Positions 27,352-38,165 of a stretch of 64,000 bases of DNA are shown here, piece after piece; position 1 is the stretch's first letter; each line of letters starts with the position of its first letter. The position numbers and the translations under genes were made by a program. Where the stretch lies: contig CAWCRS010000003.1 in NCBI GenBank assembly GCA_963798085.1, forward strand, positions 64,001 through 128,000, read 5' to 3'. The notes under the pieces were generated by a model that was given only the letters and a program-made list of their open reading frames with translations, had not been told where the DNA came from and did no database searches. This DNA comes from an uncultured Gemmatimonadales bacterium. GTDB taxonomy: Bacteria; Gemmatimonadota; Gemmatimonadetes; Longimicrobiales; RSA9.

Positions 27352-30300
27352 GTCCCGAGAGCGCTGGTTCCCGCCTCGTCGCGCCGCCCGCCACACCGCG
27401 CCCCGCCTCGCCGGTCGCATCGGCTGCGACCGCGGTTCCGCTTCCTGACAACCCGTTATTCGACCTGCTTGTCCGCCTGGCGCTGCCCATGGATCCGCTG
27501 CCGGTACTGCCCCAGCTGGCTGCGGCGCTGCATGACATCGTGGCGTTCACCCGCCTGGATATCGTTTTGCTGGATGACGATCGGCAGACCTGCCGGGTGC
27601 GCACGCTGCTGGAGACCAGGCCGGAAGCCGCGGCCGCCAACCTGCGCACGAGCCGGGAGCTGGGCTTCACCGGTCGCCTGCTCTCCCTTAACAGTCCGTT
27701 AGAAATCTGGCGAGGAGCCGGCGCGAGGCTGGCGCCGGAGGATGTGGCCGACGAATGGCTGGAGAACGGCTCGCTGCGTGCCGTGCTCAGCCTGCGGCTG
27801 GGCGGCGCCAGTGAGGCGGGTGGTCCGGGGGTGCTGCACATCGGCGCACTGGACGAGCAGGCGTTCGCTCCACCCGGCATCGAGGCGGCGCACCAGTTCG
27901 CGCTGCACCTGGGGCTGGCGCTCGAGCGCGAGTGGGCCCGCCGCAAGCTGGGGCGTGAGGCGGATGAGCTGACTGACTTCTTCGAGAACGCCGCGATTCC
28001 GCTCAACTGGGTGGGGCCGGACGGAACGCTGCTGCGCGCGAATCGCGCGGAGCTGGAGCTGCTGGGCTACCGGGAGACGGATTATCTGGCGCACAACTTC
28101 GCCGAATTCTACGAGGATCCGCGTACGGCCGCGGAGCTTCTGGACCGGCTGGCCCGCGGTGAGACGCTGCGCGACTTCGACGCCAGACTGCGCTGCAGTG
28201 ATGGCTCGTTCCGGGAAGTGCTGATCGATGCGAACGTGCTGTGGGATGGCGCGAGCTTCCTGTACGCGCGCTGCTGCACGCGCGATGTCACCGAGCGCAA
28301 GCGCGGCGAACGGCGCGCGGCGGTGCACCATGAGGTGTCGCACCATCTGGCGGACTGGCCGCTCGGGGGCGAGGCGACGAAAGGCATACTGCGCGGCATT
28401 GGCGAGCGTCTGGGCTGGCAGCTGGGCGTGATGTGGCGGGTCAATGCGCAGGCGGGTGTGCTGCGCTGCGAAGAAGTCTGGCAGATGGAGGGTGCGCAGT
28501 CGGACGAGTTCGCGGAAATGACGCGGGCCAGCGAGTTCCGCCCCGGCGATGGCCTGCCGGGCGGCGTGTGGGCGGCGCTCACGCCCGCGTGGGTACCCAA
28601 TGTCACGCGCAATGCCAGCTGTCTGCGCGCCCGCTTTGCCGAGCGCGTGGGCCTGCACGGCGCTCTCGCGTTCCCCGTGCGCGCCGGCGCCGCCATCCTC
28701 GGCGTAATGGAATTCTTCAGTGCGCACATCGAGCGCCCGGATCCGGAACTGCTCGCGCTGGCCGGCTCGATCGGCCACGAAGTCGGCCTCTTCCTCGATC
28801 GCATGCGCGCGGAGATCTCGCTGGAAGCCAGTGAGCGCCGTTTCACGCGCTTCATGTCGAACCTGCCCGCCACGGCGTGGGTGAAGGATCGCGACGGCCA
28901 CTACATCTACGTGAACGATCTCGCAGAGCGCGTGTTCGGCCGGCCGCGTCGCGAGCTGCACGGCTGCACGGACTACGACCTCTTTCCGCCCGAGGCGGCG
29001 GTCGCGTTCCGCGAGAATGACCGGCGCGCGCTGGCCAGTGAAGGCGGACTGCTCACCACGGAAACGCTGCAGCTGCCTGATGGTTCGCTGCGTTATTCGC
29101 TGGTCAGCAAGTTCCCGATCCTGGACAGCGATGGTCGCGCCACGATGGTGGGCGGCGTGGCGTTCGACATCACGGAGCAGATCCAGACGGCGGAAGCGCT
29201 GCGCCATGTCGAGCAGCGTTTCCGCACCATGGCGGAGACCGCACCCAGCTGCGTATGGGAAGCCTCACCCGGCGGCGACATCACGTTCGCCAACAGCCGC
29301 TGGTACGAATTCTCCGGGCTCACCGCGGAAGAGACTGCGGGCCAGAACTGGGTGGTTGCCATCCATCCGGATGACCTGGAAACGTGCCGCACCGCCTGGG
29401 TCAAGGCGGTGCGCGAGGAAACGCCCTTTCGCGTGGAAGTGCGTAACCGCCGCGCCGACGGGCAGTATCGCTGGATGCTGACACAGGCGCTGCCTGTGCG
29501 CGACGCGCAGGGCAGCATCACCAGCTGGGTAGGCACTTCCACCGACATCGACGATCAGAAGCGGCAGGAAGCCGCACTGCGCGAGGCGGACCGCCGCAAG
29601 GATGAGTTCCTCGCCGTACTGTCGCACGAACTGCGCAATCCGCTGGAACCGATTCGCAACGCGCTGCATCTGCTGCGTGCGCATCCCGTGCCCGACGAGA
29701 ACTTGCGTCTGCTGGAGATGCTCGAGCGGCAGGTGCAGCACATGATCCGTCTGGTCGACGACCTGCTCGACGTCTCGCGCATCACGCTGGGCAAGGTCGA
29801 GCTGCGGCGCGATCGTGTGGACCTGGCGTACATCGTGGCGCACGCGGTCGAGGCCTGCCGCCCGCTCATCGATGCCGGCGGCCGCCGCCTCACGCTCTCC
29901 CTGCCACCCGAGCCGCTGCTGCTGGACGCCGATCCCGTTCGTCTGGGTCAGGCGCTGGCCAACCTGCTCAACAACGCAGCGCGCTTCACACTGCCGGGCG
30001 GACACATTGCGCTGAGTGCATTGCGTGCCGGCGACAATGTGATCGTCAGGGTGCGCGACAATGGCGTGGGCATCGAGCCGGAGATGCTGACACGCGTGTT
30101 CGAGCTGTTCGCGCAGGGTGGCTGGGGCGTGGCGCAGCCCGGCCTTGGCATTGGTCTCACCGTCGTCGATCGCATGGTGCGGCTGCACGGCGGCTCGGTG
30201 GAAGCGCACAGCGCCGGGCGTGACCGTGGCAGCGAGTTCATCCTGCGACTGCCGCTGGCCGCGGCGCCTCGCCCGGCAGTGGAACAGCCGCCGGCCGCCC

Positions 30301-30734
30301 CTGCGGACGGCAGCTGGTCGCGGCATCGCATCCTGGTCGTGGATGACAACCACGATGCCGCGGACAGCCTCTCGCTGCTGCTGCAGTTCAAGGGCGGCAC
30401 CGTGCACACCGAATACAGCGGCGTATCAGCGCTGGAAGCCGTGCGTGCGTTCCGGCCCGACATTGCTCTGGTGGACATCGGCATGCCCGGCATGGACGGG
30501 CTCGAAGTGGCGCGCCGCCTGCGTGAAGACGCGATGCTGCAGAACCTCACGCTGGTCGCCGTCACCGGCTGGGGCCAGGACGACGACCGGCGTCGTTGCC
30601 GCGATGCCGGGTTCGATTACCACCTGGTGAAGCCTGTCGATCTCGCCCGGCTTCAGGCGCTGCTCGCCGAACTCCCGGTAAACCCGCTCCCCACCCGATC
30701 GCCACACGCCGAGGATCGCGGCAACGACGCCTGA
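27348..30734 (+). CDS. Hybrid sensor histidine kinase (GAF/PAS x3, HisKA, HATPase, REC)
   Basis: KDEFLAVLSHELRNPL, NLLNNA, DNGVGI, GLGIGL, receiver VDDN..DIGMP..KP; start codon uncertain. Confidence 0.93.
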   Translation: MSPESAGSRLVAPPATPRPASPVASAATAVPLPDNPLFDLLVRLALPMDPLPVLPQLAAALHDIVAFTRLDIVLLDDDRQTCRVRTLLETRPEAAAANLRTSRELGFTGRLLSLNSPLEIWRGAGARLAPEDVADEWLENGSLRAVLSLRLGGASEAGGPGVLHIGALDEQAFAPPGIEAAHQFALHLGLALEREWARRKLGREADELTDFFENAAIPLNWVGPDGTLLRANRAELELLGYRETDYLAHNFAEFYEDPRTAAELLDRLARGETLRDFDARLRCSDGSFREVLIDANVLWDGASFLYARCCTRDVTERKRGERRAAVHHEVSHHLADWPLGGEATKGILRGIGERLGWQLGVMWRVNAQAGVLRCEEVWQMEGAQSDEFAEMTRASEFRPGDGLPGGVWAALTPAWVPNVTRNASCLRARFAERVGLHGALAFPVRAGAAILGVMEFFSAHIERPDPELLALAGSIGHEVGLFLDRMRAEISLEASERRFTRFMSNLPATAWVKDRDGHYIYVNDLAERVFGRPRRELHGCTDYDLFPPEAAVAFRENDRRALASEGGLLTTETLQLPDGSLRYSLVSKFPILDSDGRATMVGGVAFDITEQIQTAEALRHVEQRFRTMAETAPSCVWEASPGGDITFANSRWYEFSGLTAEETAGQNWVVAIHPDDLETCRTAWVKAVREETPFRVEVRNRRADGQYRWMLTQALPVRDAQGSITSWVGTSTDIDDQKRQEAALREADRRKDEFLAVLSHELRNPLEPIRNALHLLRAHPVPDENLRLLEMLERQVQHMIRLVDDLLDVSRITLGKVELRRDRVDLAYIVAHAVEACRPLIDAGGRRLTLSLPPEPLLLDADPVRLGQALANLLNNAARFTLPGGHIALSALRAGDNVIVRVRDNGVGIEPEMLTRVFELFAQGGWGVAQPGLGIGLTVVDRMVRLHGGSVEAHSAGRDRGSEFILRLPLAAAPRPAVEQPPAAPADGSWSRHRILVVDDNHDAADSLSLLLQFKGGTVHTEYSGVSALEAVRAFRPDIALVDIGMPGMDGLEVARRLREDAMLQNLTLVAVTGWGQDDDRRRCRDAGFDYHLVKPVDLARLQALLAELPVNPLPTRSPHAEDRGNDA

Positions 30735-30739
30735 CTCGA

Positions 30740-31132
30740 TCAGCGCTTTTTCGGAATCTCGCTCATCAGCGCCAGCATGTTCGCTTCCGGATCGCGGAAG
30801 AACGCCATCCACAGATCGCGATCACCCAGGTCTGCAATGAAATGCGGATCGCCCTCGAACTTCACGCCGCGACTCTGCAGTGTGGCGTGTGCGGCGCGAA
30901 TGTCGTTCACATCGTAGTACAGCACCAATGCCGGATGATCGAACGCCTCGCCTTCGGGCAGGCTCAGCATGAGCCGCACACCGCCGCAGTCGAAGAACGC
31001 CATCTTCGGCACCTGGAACAGGAAGCGCATGCCCAGCACATCGCGGTAGAACGCCAGGGCGCGGTCGACGTCGTGCACGTTCACCGCGATCTGCCCGATC
31101 TTCCCCAGCCCGAACCCATCCTGCTGCCCCAT
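30740..31132 (-). CDS. VOC/glyoxalase-family protein
   Basis: IGQIAVNV.DVDRA.AFYRDVLG, AFFRDPEAN. Confidence 0.92.
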   Translation of the reverse strand: MGQQDGFGLGKIGQIAVNVHDVDRALAFYRDVLGMRFLFQVPKMAFFDCGGVRLMLSLPEGEAFDHPALVLYYDVNDIRAAHATLQSRGVKFEGDPHFIADLGDRDLWMAFFRDPEANMLALMSEIPKKR

Positions 31133-31187
31133 GTCATCCTCCCGTCGTGTTTCGCCGGTCCTGCCGGCGCGCCATGCGAGCCTTGAT

Positions 31188-31211
31188 TATTTAGCTCGTG
31201 CTAACTAAATA
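31188..31211. promoter_or_regulatory. Putative MarR operator
   Basis: AT-rich palindrome TATTTAG-N10-CTAAATA between divergent VOC and MarR genes. Confidence 0.65.
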
Positions 31212-31218
31212 TCTGATC

Positions 31219-31656
31219 ATGAAACGGAACGCAAGAGTCTTCCGCGATGACACCGCCACACGGCTGCACAGCCTGGCCATCCACCTGCTGCGGCGGGTGC
31301 GGCGGACGGATGTCGAGATGGACCTGAGTCCGGCACGCAGTTCGGCGCTTTCGGTGCTGGTGTTCGGCGGGCCGCGCACACTGGGCGAATTGGCAGCGGC
31401 GGAGCAGGTGGCGCCGCCCACCATGACGCGACTGATCGCGGGGCTGGAGGCAGAGGGCTACATCGCACGCTCGGCGGACGCGCGTGATGCGCGGATCACA
31501 CGGGTGCGCGCGACGGCGAAAGGGCGGCGCGTGCTGGAGCAGGGGCGGCAGCGTCGCGTGGAGCAGGTGTCCACGCTGCTGGAGAAGCTGCCCGGCGAGG
31601 ATCTGGAGACGGTGCGGCGCGCGGTGGAACTGCTGGAAGCGCTGATCGCATCGTAG
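31219..31656 (+). CDS. MarR-family regulator
   Basis: LSPARSSAL..L, TLGELAAAEQV.PPTMTR, DAR...V.AT.KG. Confidence 0.92.
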   Translation: MKRNARVFRDDTATRLHSLAIHLLRRVRRTDVEMDLSPARSSALSVLVFGGPRTLGELAAAEQVAPPTMTRLIAGLEAEGYIARSADARDARITRVRATAKGRRVLEQGRQRRVEQVSTLLEKLPGEDLETVRRAVELLEALIAS

Positions 31657-31833
31657 GCGACGACGCTTGTTGCGTTGCCGGCCCGGGCTCCGGCACACGG
31701 GTCCGGTCCGCCTGCACGGGTGCTGCAACGCGTGACGGTGCGGTGTGCGCGGAGATTTGCGCGTGCCGCGGGGCACGGGGTAGGTTGGCGGACCTCGTGC
31801 CCTGATCGTTCCCTGCATCCGTGAAGTTGTGCC

Positions 31834-32454
31834 ATGACCGCGATCGAGCTGTCCGCCCAGCTGGGCCTGTTCGCCGTTTGGCTGCTGACGTTCAACATCG
31901 TGCTCGGGCTGCTGCTGTCGGTGCACTACAATCCGCTGAAGCGCTGGCCGCACCGCCGCATCAACTACTTCACGTTTCACAACTGGACGGGTTACATCGC
32001 GCTCGGTCTCACCGCGGCGCACGTCGTGGTGATTCCCTTCTCCACCACAGCCGGCTGGACCTGGCTGGACGCGCTCTGGCCGCAGCGGGCGCCGCAGCAG
32101 GCGCTGGAGAACGTGCTGGGTGCGCTCGGCCTGTACGTGCTCACGGTAGTGGTGGCGACTTCATACCTGCGGCGGCGCGTGGGCCGCAGCACGTGGAAGC
32201 TGGTGCACTACGCGTCCTACGTTTCCGCCGTGCTGTTCTACATCCACGGCATCTTCCTGGACCCGAAGCTGCAGAACCGGCCCGTGGACTGGTTCGATGC
32301 GGAGAAAGTCAGTGTCTGGGCCTGCCTGCTGCTGGTGACCGGCGCCTCCATTCTCCGCCTGCGCTGGTCGCTGCGCCGCCGCGCCGCCGGCCGCGCCAAA
32401 GACCAGCGCCACTGGGATGCGCCTGTACCTGCCGAGTGGATCGAGACGGCCTGA
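31834..32454 (+). CDS. Ferric-reductase-like transmembrane (heme b) protein
   Basis: TM helices with paired His: FHNWTG...AAHV and WKLVHYASY...YIHG. Confidence 0.8.
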   Translation: MTAIELSAQLGLFAVWLLTFNIVLGLLLSVHYNPLKRWPHRRINYFTFHNWTGYIALGLTAAHVVVIPFSTTAGWTWLDALWPQRAPQQALENVLGALGLYVLTVVVATSYLRRRVGRSTWKLVHYASYVSAVLFYIHGIFLDPKLQNRPVDWFDAEKVSVWACLLLVTGASILRLRWSLRRRAAGRAKDQRHWDAPVPAEWIETA

Positions 32455-32499
32455 ATGGCGCTATGGTAGTCAGCTGTTAGTGACCGGGCAGCATGGTGG

Positions 32500-33290
32500 C
32501 GGGCGGGCGTTGAACTGCGTTTCCGGGGCTGGGGCCCGGGCTGGGGCTGGGGAACAGCTTGACGGAAATGACGCCTGGGCGGTTCCTGCGCCGAGATCCG
32601 GGGGCAGGGTGAGGGAACGGGTTGGGGTTCAGGGGTCGGACGCGGGCAAGGGCACGCGTTGGAGGATCCGGGTTGCGGGCTACTGAATACGGAATGACGC
32701 CTGGGCCGTTCCTGCGCCGAGTTCCGGGGGGAGGGTGAGGGAACGGGTTGGGGTTCAGGGGTCGGACGCGGGCAAGGGCACGCGTTGGGGGATCCGGGTT
32801 GGGGGCGGCGGAATCCGGGGTCACTGCATTACTAACACGCAGTTTGAGAACAGGGTCGGGCTTTCGGGTTCAGCTCACCGCCTTGCGCTCGGGTCATGAG
32901 TGTCGGTCGAGACCACCAGTTCGCGGTTTGCTGCCAGGCCCGGCCACGCTTCGCAACTGCGTCTCCGTTCCCAGGCAATCAGCCCCAAACGACCTGCTAG
33001 TCAGCCAGGCCGTGCATTCAATCCCACCCCCGCCCCCCAACGGGTGCCCTTGCCCGCGTCCGACCCCTGAACCCAGCCCTTCCCTCACCCCCTCCCGGAA
33101 CCGAATCGCAAAACCAGCCCGGGCGTATTCCATACGTCGTTCCCCGGCACCACGCGCCCGCAACGCCGTTCAATCTGTTGCGCCGTCTCCCGGTCCCAGC
33201 CCCGGCAACCAGCGCCAGCAGCACTGTTGATCCGTTTGCGATGATGCTGTTTCCCAGCCCCAGCCCGAGCCCCAGCCCGAGAAACGACGT
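32500..33290. repeat. Composite palindromic repeat region (family C)
   Basis: Direct duplication ~32565-32680/~32691-32805, inverted copy ~33041-33100, GGGCTG tracts at left and CAGCCC tracts at right. Confidence 0.85.
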
Positions 33291-33297
33291 AAGGGGC

Positions 33298-34464
33298 CTA
33301 ACTCGAATAGTAGGATGCATTCTCCCGGACGTAGCCCTCCGTGAGGTCGCAGCCGAACGCAGTGGCGCGGCCTTCGCCAATGCCGAGGTGCACCTGGATG
33401 TCAATGGTGTCGGCGCGCAGGGCTTCGCGCACGCTTGCTTCATCGAACTGCACGCGCACGCCGGATTGCACGACTTCGTGGCCGTTGATGGACACGCCGG
33501 TGGTGTCGGGCTGGATGGTGGCGTCGAAGCACTTGCCGATGGCCATCAGGATGCGGCCCACGTTGGGGTCGGCGCCGTGGGCCATGGTCTTGACGAGTGG
33601 TGAATTGACGAGCGAGCGGGCCACGCTGCGCGCATCCGCTTCGCTGCTGGCGCCACGCACCGTGGCGCGCAGCAGTTTCTCCGCGCCTTCGCCGTCGCGG
33701 GCCAGCAGTTCGGCAACGTGCAGGCAGCCGGCAGTGAGGGCGTCCTGGAAGTCGCGCTCCGGCATGGGACCGGCGAGGCCGTTGGCCATGAGCGCACACG
33801 TGTCGGAAGTGCTCGTGTCGGTGTCGATCGACAGCATGTTGAAGGACACGTGCGCGGCGCGGCGCAGCATGGCATCGAGGACGGGCGCATCGAAGGCGGC
33901 GTCGGTGAAGATGTAGACGAGCATTGTCGCCAGATTCGGTGCGATCATGCCCGAGCCCTTGGCTACCCACGTAATGGTGGCGCGACCGGCATCGAGCGAC
34001 ACCGCCTTGGGCCGCGTGTCCGTGGTCATGATGCCTTCGGCGCCGGCCAGCGGATCGTCGCCCAGCTCGGCACTCATGCCGCGCACGCCTGTCTCGATCT
34101 GCTCGATGGGCAGCGGCACTCCGATGACGCCCGTCGAGCTGACCAGCACGCGGTCCGGTGTGGTGCCGGCTTCCGCGGCCGCGGCAGCCGCCATGCGGCG
34201 CGCGTTGCGCATTCCCTGGTCGCCGGTGGCCACGTTGCTGTAGCGGCTGTTGGCGATGATGGCGCGCAGCTTTCCGCCGCGGATGGTTTCGCGGCCCAGC
34301 AGCACGGGTGCGCCGGGAAAGTGGTTACGGGTGAAGAGTGCGGCGGCGGCGGCATCCACATCGCTGACGAACAGCGAGAGATCCTTCGCGTCGCGCTTCA
34401 GCCCGATGTTGCGGCTGGCGCAGCGGAACCCGCGCGGAAACGCGGAGCGTTCGTGCAATCTCAT
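33298..34464 (-). CDS. argJ: Ornithine acetyltransferase ArgJ
   Basis: PRGF, FTRN, SSTGVIG, IMTTDT, AKGSGMIAPNLATML (autocleavage), DTSTSD, DGEGA, GCDLT. Confidence 0.95.
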   Translation of the reverse strand: MRLHERSAFPRGFRCASRNIGLKRDAKDLSLFVSDVDAAAAALFTRNHFPGAPVLLGRETIRGGKLRAIIANSRYSNVATGDQGMRNARRMAAAAAAEAGTTPDRVLVSSTGVIGVPLPIEQIETGVRGMSAELGDDPLAGAEGIMTTDTRPKAVSLDAGRATITWVAKGSGMIAPNLATMLVYIFTDAAFDAPVLDAMLRRAAHVSFNMLSIDTDTSTSDTCALMANGLAGPMPERDFQDALTAGCLHVAELLARDGEGAEKLLRATVRGASSEADARSVARSLVNSPLVKTMAHGADPNVGRILMAIGKCFDATIQPDTTGVSINGHEVVQSGVRVQFDEASVREALRADTIDIQVHLGIGEGRATAFGCDLTEGYVRENASYYSS

Positions 34465-34514
34465 GGCTGAATATCGGCTGTTGCTGGCTGTGCAGATATC
34501 GGGGATGGTGAAGC

Positions 34515-36053
34515 TTAGTGGCTGACAGTGCTGTTCGCAACGCGGGTCGCCGGGTCGAGTTCGAGGCCGGCCATGAGGCGCAGCAGATCGTCCTGATTCG
34601 CCTGCGCGCGCGACACTTCGCCGATCAGCCGGCCGCCGCGCAGCACGAGGATGCGGCGTGACAGACTGATCAGCTCGGGAAGCTCGCTCGAGATCAGCAG
34701 AATCGCGTGGCCCTGCGTGGCGAGGTTGTCGATGAGGCCGTGGATTTCGGCCTTGGCGCCCACGTCCACACCGCGTGTCGGCTCGTCGAGGATGAGGACG
34801 CGCGAGCGCGCCGCCAGCCAGCGCGCGAGCACGATCTTCTGCTGGTTGCCGCCGGAGAGACCGGCCACGGTCGCATCGACGGAGGGCGCGCGCACGCGCA
34901 AGCTTCTGGAAGTACTCGGTGGCCAGCGCGCGTTCCTGCGCGCGGCGGATGAAGCCGAGGCGCGCGAGCCGATCGAGGATGGGCAGTGACGTGTTGTGGA
35001 GGCCGCTCTCCGACAGCACGAGGCCCTGACGCTTGCGGTCTTCGGGCACGAGGCCGATGCCCAGGCGGATGGCCTGCCCGGGCGTGCGCGGCCGCACGCT
35101 GCGGCCCTGCAGGAACAGCGACCCGGTAACATCGTGGTCCAGGCCGAAGATGGCGCCGCGCCAGCTCGGAGCGGCCGGCGCCCACGAGCCCCGCCAGTCC
35201 CACCACTTCGCCGGCGTGCAGGGAGAACGAGATGTCCTCGAACTTGCCCGGACAGCTGTAGTCGCTCGACGCGCAGCAGCTCCTCGCCCGGCTTCGAGTC
35301 GGGGTGCTGCGGGAAATACTCGCCCAGCGGGCGCCCGATCATGAGACGCACCAGCTGCGCTTCCGACAGCTCGCGCGTGGCATGCGTGGCGACGTGTTTG
35401 CCATCCCGCAGCACGCTCACGCTGTCGCACAGGCTGAAGATCTCGGGCATGCGGTGGGAGACGTAGATGCACGTGACGCCGCGCTCGCGCAGCCGCGCAA
35501 TGAGCTGCGTAGAGTCGTTCGGCCTCGGTCTGGCTGAGGCTGCTGGTGGGCTCGTCGAACACGATGACGCGCGCACCGCTGCCCACGGCCGCGGCGATCT
35601 GCACCAGCTGCTGCTGCGCGATGGTGAGGGCACCGAGTCGGCGCTCGACGTCGAGGCTGGTGCCCGATCTCGTCGAGCATTCCGGTTGCGCGCCGTGCCA
35701 TCTCCGGGCGTCGAGACGAGGCCGCGGCGCACGGGCAGTGCGGCCAGGCACAGATTCTCCGCGACCGAGAGGTTATCGCAGAAGGCCAGCTCCTGGTGCA
35801 CCATCGCCGACGCCGGCCGCGAGTGCGTCGCGCGGGCCGGCGAAGCGGACGGACGACCGGCAATGAAGAGCTCGCCCGGCATCCGGTGTGTGAATGCCGG
35901 CGAGGATCTGTCCGAGCGTGCTCTTGCCCGCGCCGTTCTCGCCGCAGAGTGCGTGGCACGAGCCCGCGGCGATCTCGAGCGACACATCGGCAGCGCGAGC
36001 ACGCCGGGAAAGCGCTTGGTGACGTGCTCGAAGCGGACCGCGGGCTCGGACAC
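34515..36053 (-). CDS. Sugar ABC transporter ATP-binding protein (frameshifted)
   Basis: Pieces across frames: [58 protein letters not shown]. Confidence 0.88.
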   Translation of the reverse strand: MSEPAVRFEHVTKRFPGVLALPMCRSRSPRARATHSAARTARARARSDRSSPAFTHRMPGELFIAGRPSASPARATHSRPASAMVHQELAFCDNLSVAENLCLAALPVRRGLVSTPGDGTARNRNARRDRAPASTSSADSVPSPSRSSSWCRSPRPWAAVRASSCSTSPPAASARPRPNDSTQLIARLRERGVTCIYVSHRMPEIFSLCDSVSVLRDGKHVATHATRELSEAQLVRLMIGRPLGEYFPQHPDSKPGEELLRVERLQLSGQVRGHLVLPARRRSGGTGGARGRRPLRAGAAPSSAWTTMLPGRCSCRAAACGRARPGRPSAWASASCPKTASVRASCCRRAASTTRHCPSSIGSRASASSAARRNARWPPSTSRSLRVRAPSVDATVAGLSGGNQQKIVLARWLAARSRVLILDEPTRGVDVGAKAEIHGLIDNLATQGHAILLISSELPELISLSRRILVLRGGRLIGEVSRAQANQDDLLRLMAGLELDPATRVANSTVSH

Positions 36054-36074
36054 GCTGGCTGCGACGGTGCTCGA

Positions 36075-37086
36075 TTCAGGTACGCGTCGGGCACGTCGGT
36101 GAAGCCCCAGTCCTTCAGCTGCCGCGCCCAGTCGCCAGGTTGTCCTTCGTCACGCGCACCAGCTCCATGGGGATGATCTGCGGCACGTCCTTCTTGTAGA
36201 TCACCTTCTCGATGATGGTCCGGACGCCGACGTAGCCCCACAGGTAGACGGGCTGCGCCAGCAGCACCGGGGTGATGCCCTTGTCGACGTAGGCCAGCTC
36301 GGCGGGCAGTGCATCGACACTCACGACTTTCATGTCGTGCCGGGTCGAGGTCGGTGAGCAGCGTCTGCGTGAACAGCGCCCAGCCACCGATCATGGCCCA
36401 GCCGTTGACTCTCGGGGTAGGCGTTGTTGACGCGCACGACTTCGGCGGCCGCGTCCTGCGGCGTCTCGATGTGATTGAACGAGCCCACGATCTTGATGCC
36501 CGGGTACTTCGCCGCCTCATCGCGCACGCCCTGCACGCGGTGCTGCAGGTTGGGCGCGTTCTGGTTGCCGGCCAGGATCGCGATGTTGCCCTTGCCGCCC
36601 ATGAGCGGCGCCAGCTCGTCCATCACGGCCTCGCCCGTCTTGACGTCGTCCACACCGTAGTAGGCGAAGCGCTTCGAGTCCGGTGCGTCGCTGTCGAACG
36701 TCATGACGGGCACGCCGCGCGCGACTGCGTCATTGATCGCGCCCGTGATCTTGCCCGCATCGGAGACCGAGATCAGGATGGCATCCGCGCCGTCATTCAC
36801 GGCCTGCTGGATGCGCTGCGCCTGCACCTGGCCGTCCTCCTGCGGCGGCGTCAGCCAGTCGATGGTCGACCTGCAGGTCGTCCTTCGCCGACTTCCTTGG
36901 CCGCGGCTTCGGCGCCGGTGCGCGCCGCCAGGAACACCGGGTTAGTCGAACTCTTGGCGATCATGGCGATCGTGAATTTGCGGGCGCCGCCTGCCGGCCG
37001 CCTGCTGGCCCTGCGTCGGCGCCGCGCGAGCACGCCGTCGCGCCGATGCAGGCGAGCATTGCCAGGTGCAGGACTGTCCGGTTCAT
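36075..37086 (-). CDS. Sugar ABC substrate-binding lipoprotein (frameshifted)
   Basis: MNRTVLHLAMLACIGATAC lipoprotein signal; IAKSSTNPVF, DAILIS, PVMTFDSD, VDALP; 3' end approximate. Confidence 0.8.
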
Positions 37087-38161
37087 CCTTCTCTCCTCTT
37101 CACGGGTTCACCCGGCGAGGCGCCGCTTTCGGCAGCCTGACTCAGCCGTCGGGCAGTAAGGCGAGTGCTCCACTGGTCCACTACCACGGCCACGATGATG
37201 GCGCAGCCGATCACGATCCACTCGTAGTTCTGGTCGAGGTGCAGTGTACGGATCGACTGGCGGATCAGCACGATCAGCAACGCGCCGAGCATGGCGCCCA
37301 GCGCACTGCCCCGGCCGCCGATCAGGCTGGCGCCGCCCACGACTGCGGCCGCGATCACGTAGAGCTCGTAGCCCTGCGCATCGCCGGATGACGCGGAGCC
37401 GTAGAAGCTGGCGCCCAGGAACGCGGCAATGCCGGCGGTGAGACCGGACACCGCGAAGACGCCGATCTGGATGCGATAGAGCGGCAGACCGGCGAAGCGG
37501 CTGGCTTCCAGGTTGCCGCCGAACGCGAAGACGTGCCGGCCCATCACGGTGCGTTTCAGGTAGACGCTGCCCAGGAACGCCAGCACCAGCATGGTCAGCG
37601 TCGGCACCGGATACAGCGTGCTGCGCAGACCCAGCGAAGCCTTGGCCAGGCTGGTCAGCGAAGCCGGCACCAGGATGCTCTCCGCGCGCGTGGCCACGAA
37701 GGCGATGCCGCGCAGCATCCACATCGTGCCCAGCGTGATGATGAAGGGGTGCACCCGCAGTCCCACCACGAATACGCCGTTGAGCACGCCGCAGAGCAGG
37801 CCCACACCGGCACGCCGTCACCAGGCCGAGCGCAATGGTCGCTGCTCCCGCTCATGGGTCCGGCCGCGCGCAGCAGCAGCGCCATGCTGACGCCCGCCAG
37901 TGCGTAGATGGAGCCGACAGAAAGGTCGATGCCGCCCGAGATGATGACGACGGTCGCACCGATCGCCATGATGGCGAAGAAGCTGGCGTCAGTGGCCGTC
38001 TGTATGAGCGTGTTCGAGTTCCAGAAGTTGTTGACCATCTGGCCCGTGTTGCGATCAATGTGCGACCCGGCCAGTAACGTCAGTGTTATCATGACCAGCA
38101 GCACCACGCCCACCAGTCCGGTCTCCTGCGATGCGAGCAGCCTGCGGACCATCGGATGCAT
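37083..38161 (-). CDS. Sugar ABC permease (frameshift near 37810)
   Basis: IISGGIDLSVGS, PFIITLGT, GRHVFAFGGN.EASR, YELYVIAAAVVGG. Confidence 0.88.
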
Positions 38162-38165
38162 GCGG

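Noticed and set aside
33298..35751. 817-aa ABC-ATPase/ArgJ fusion
   Set aside because: Artefact of frameshifts in the upstream ATPase; argJ has its own ATG at 34464 and the ATPase stops at 34515.
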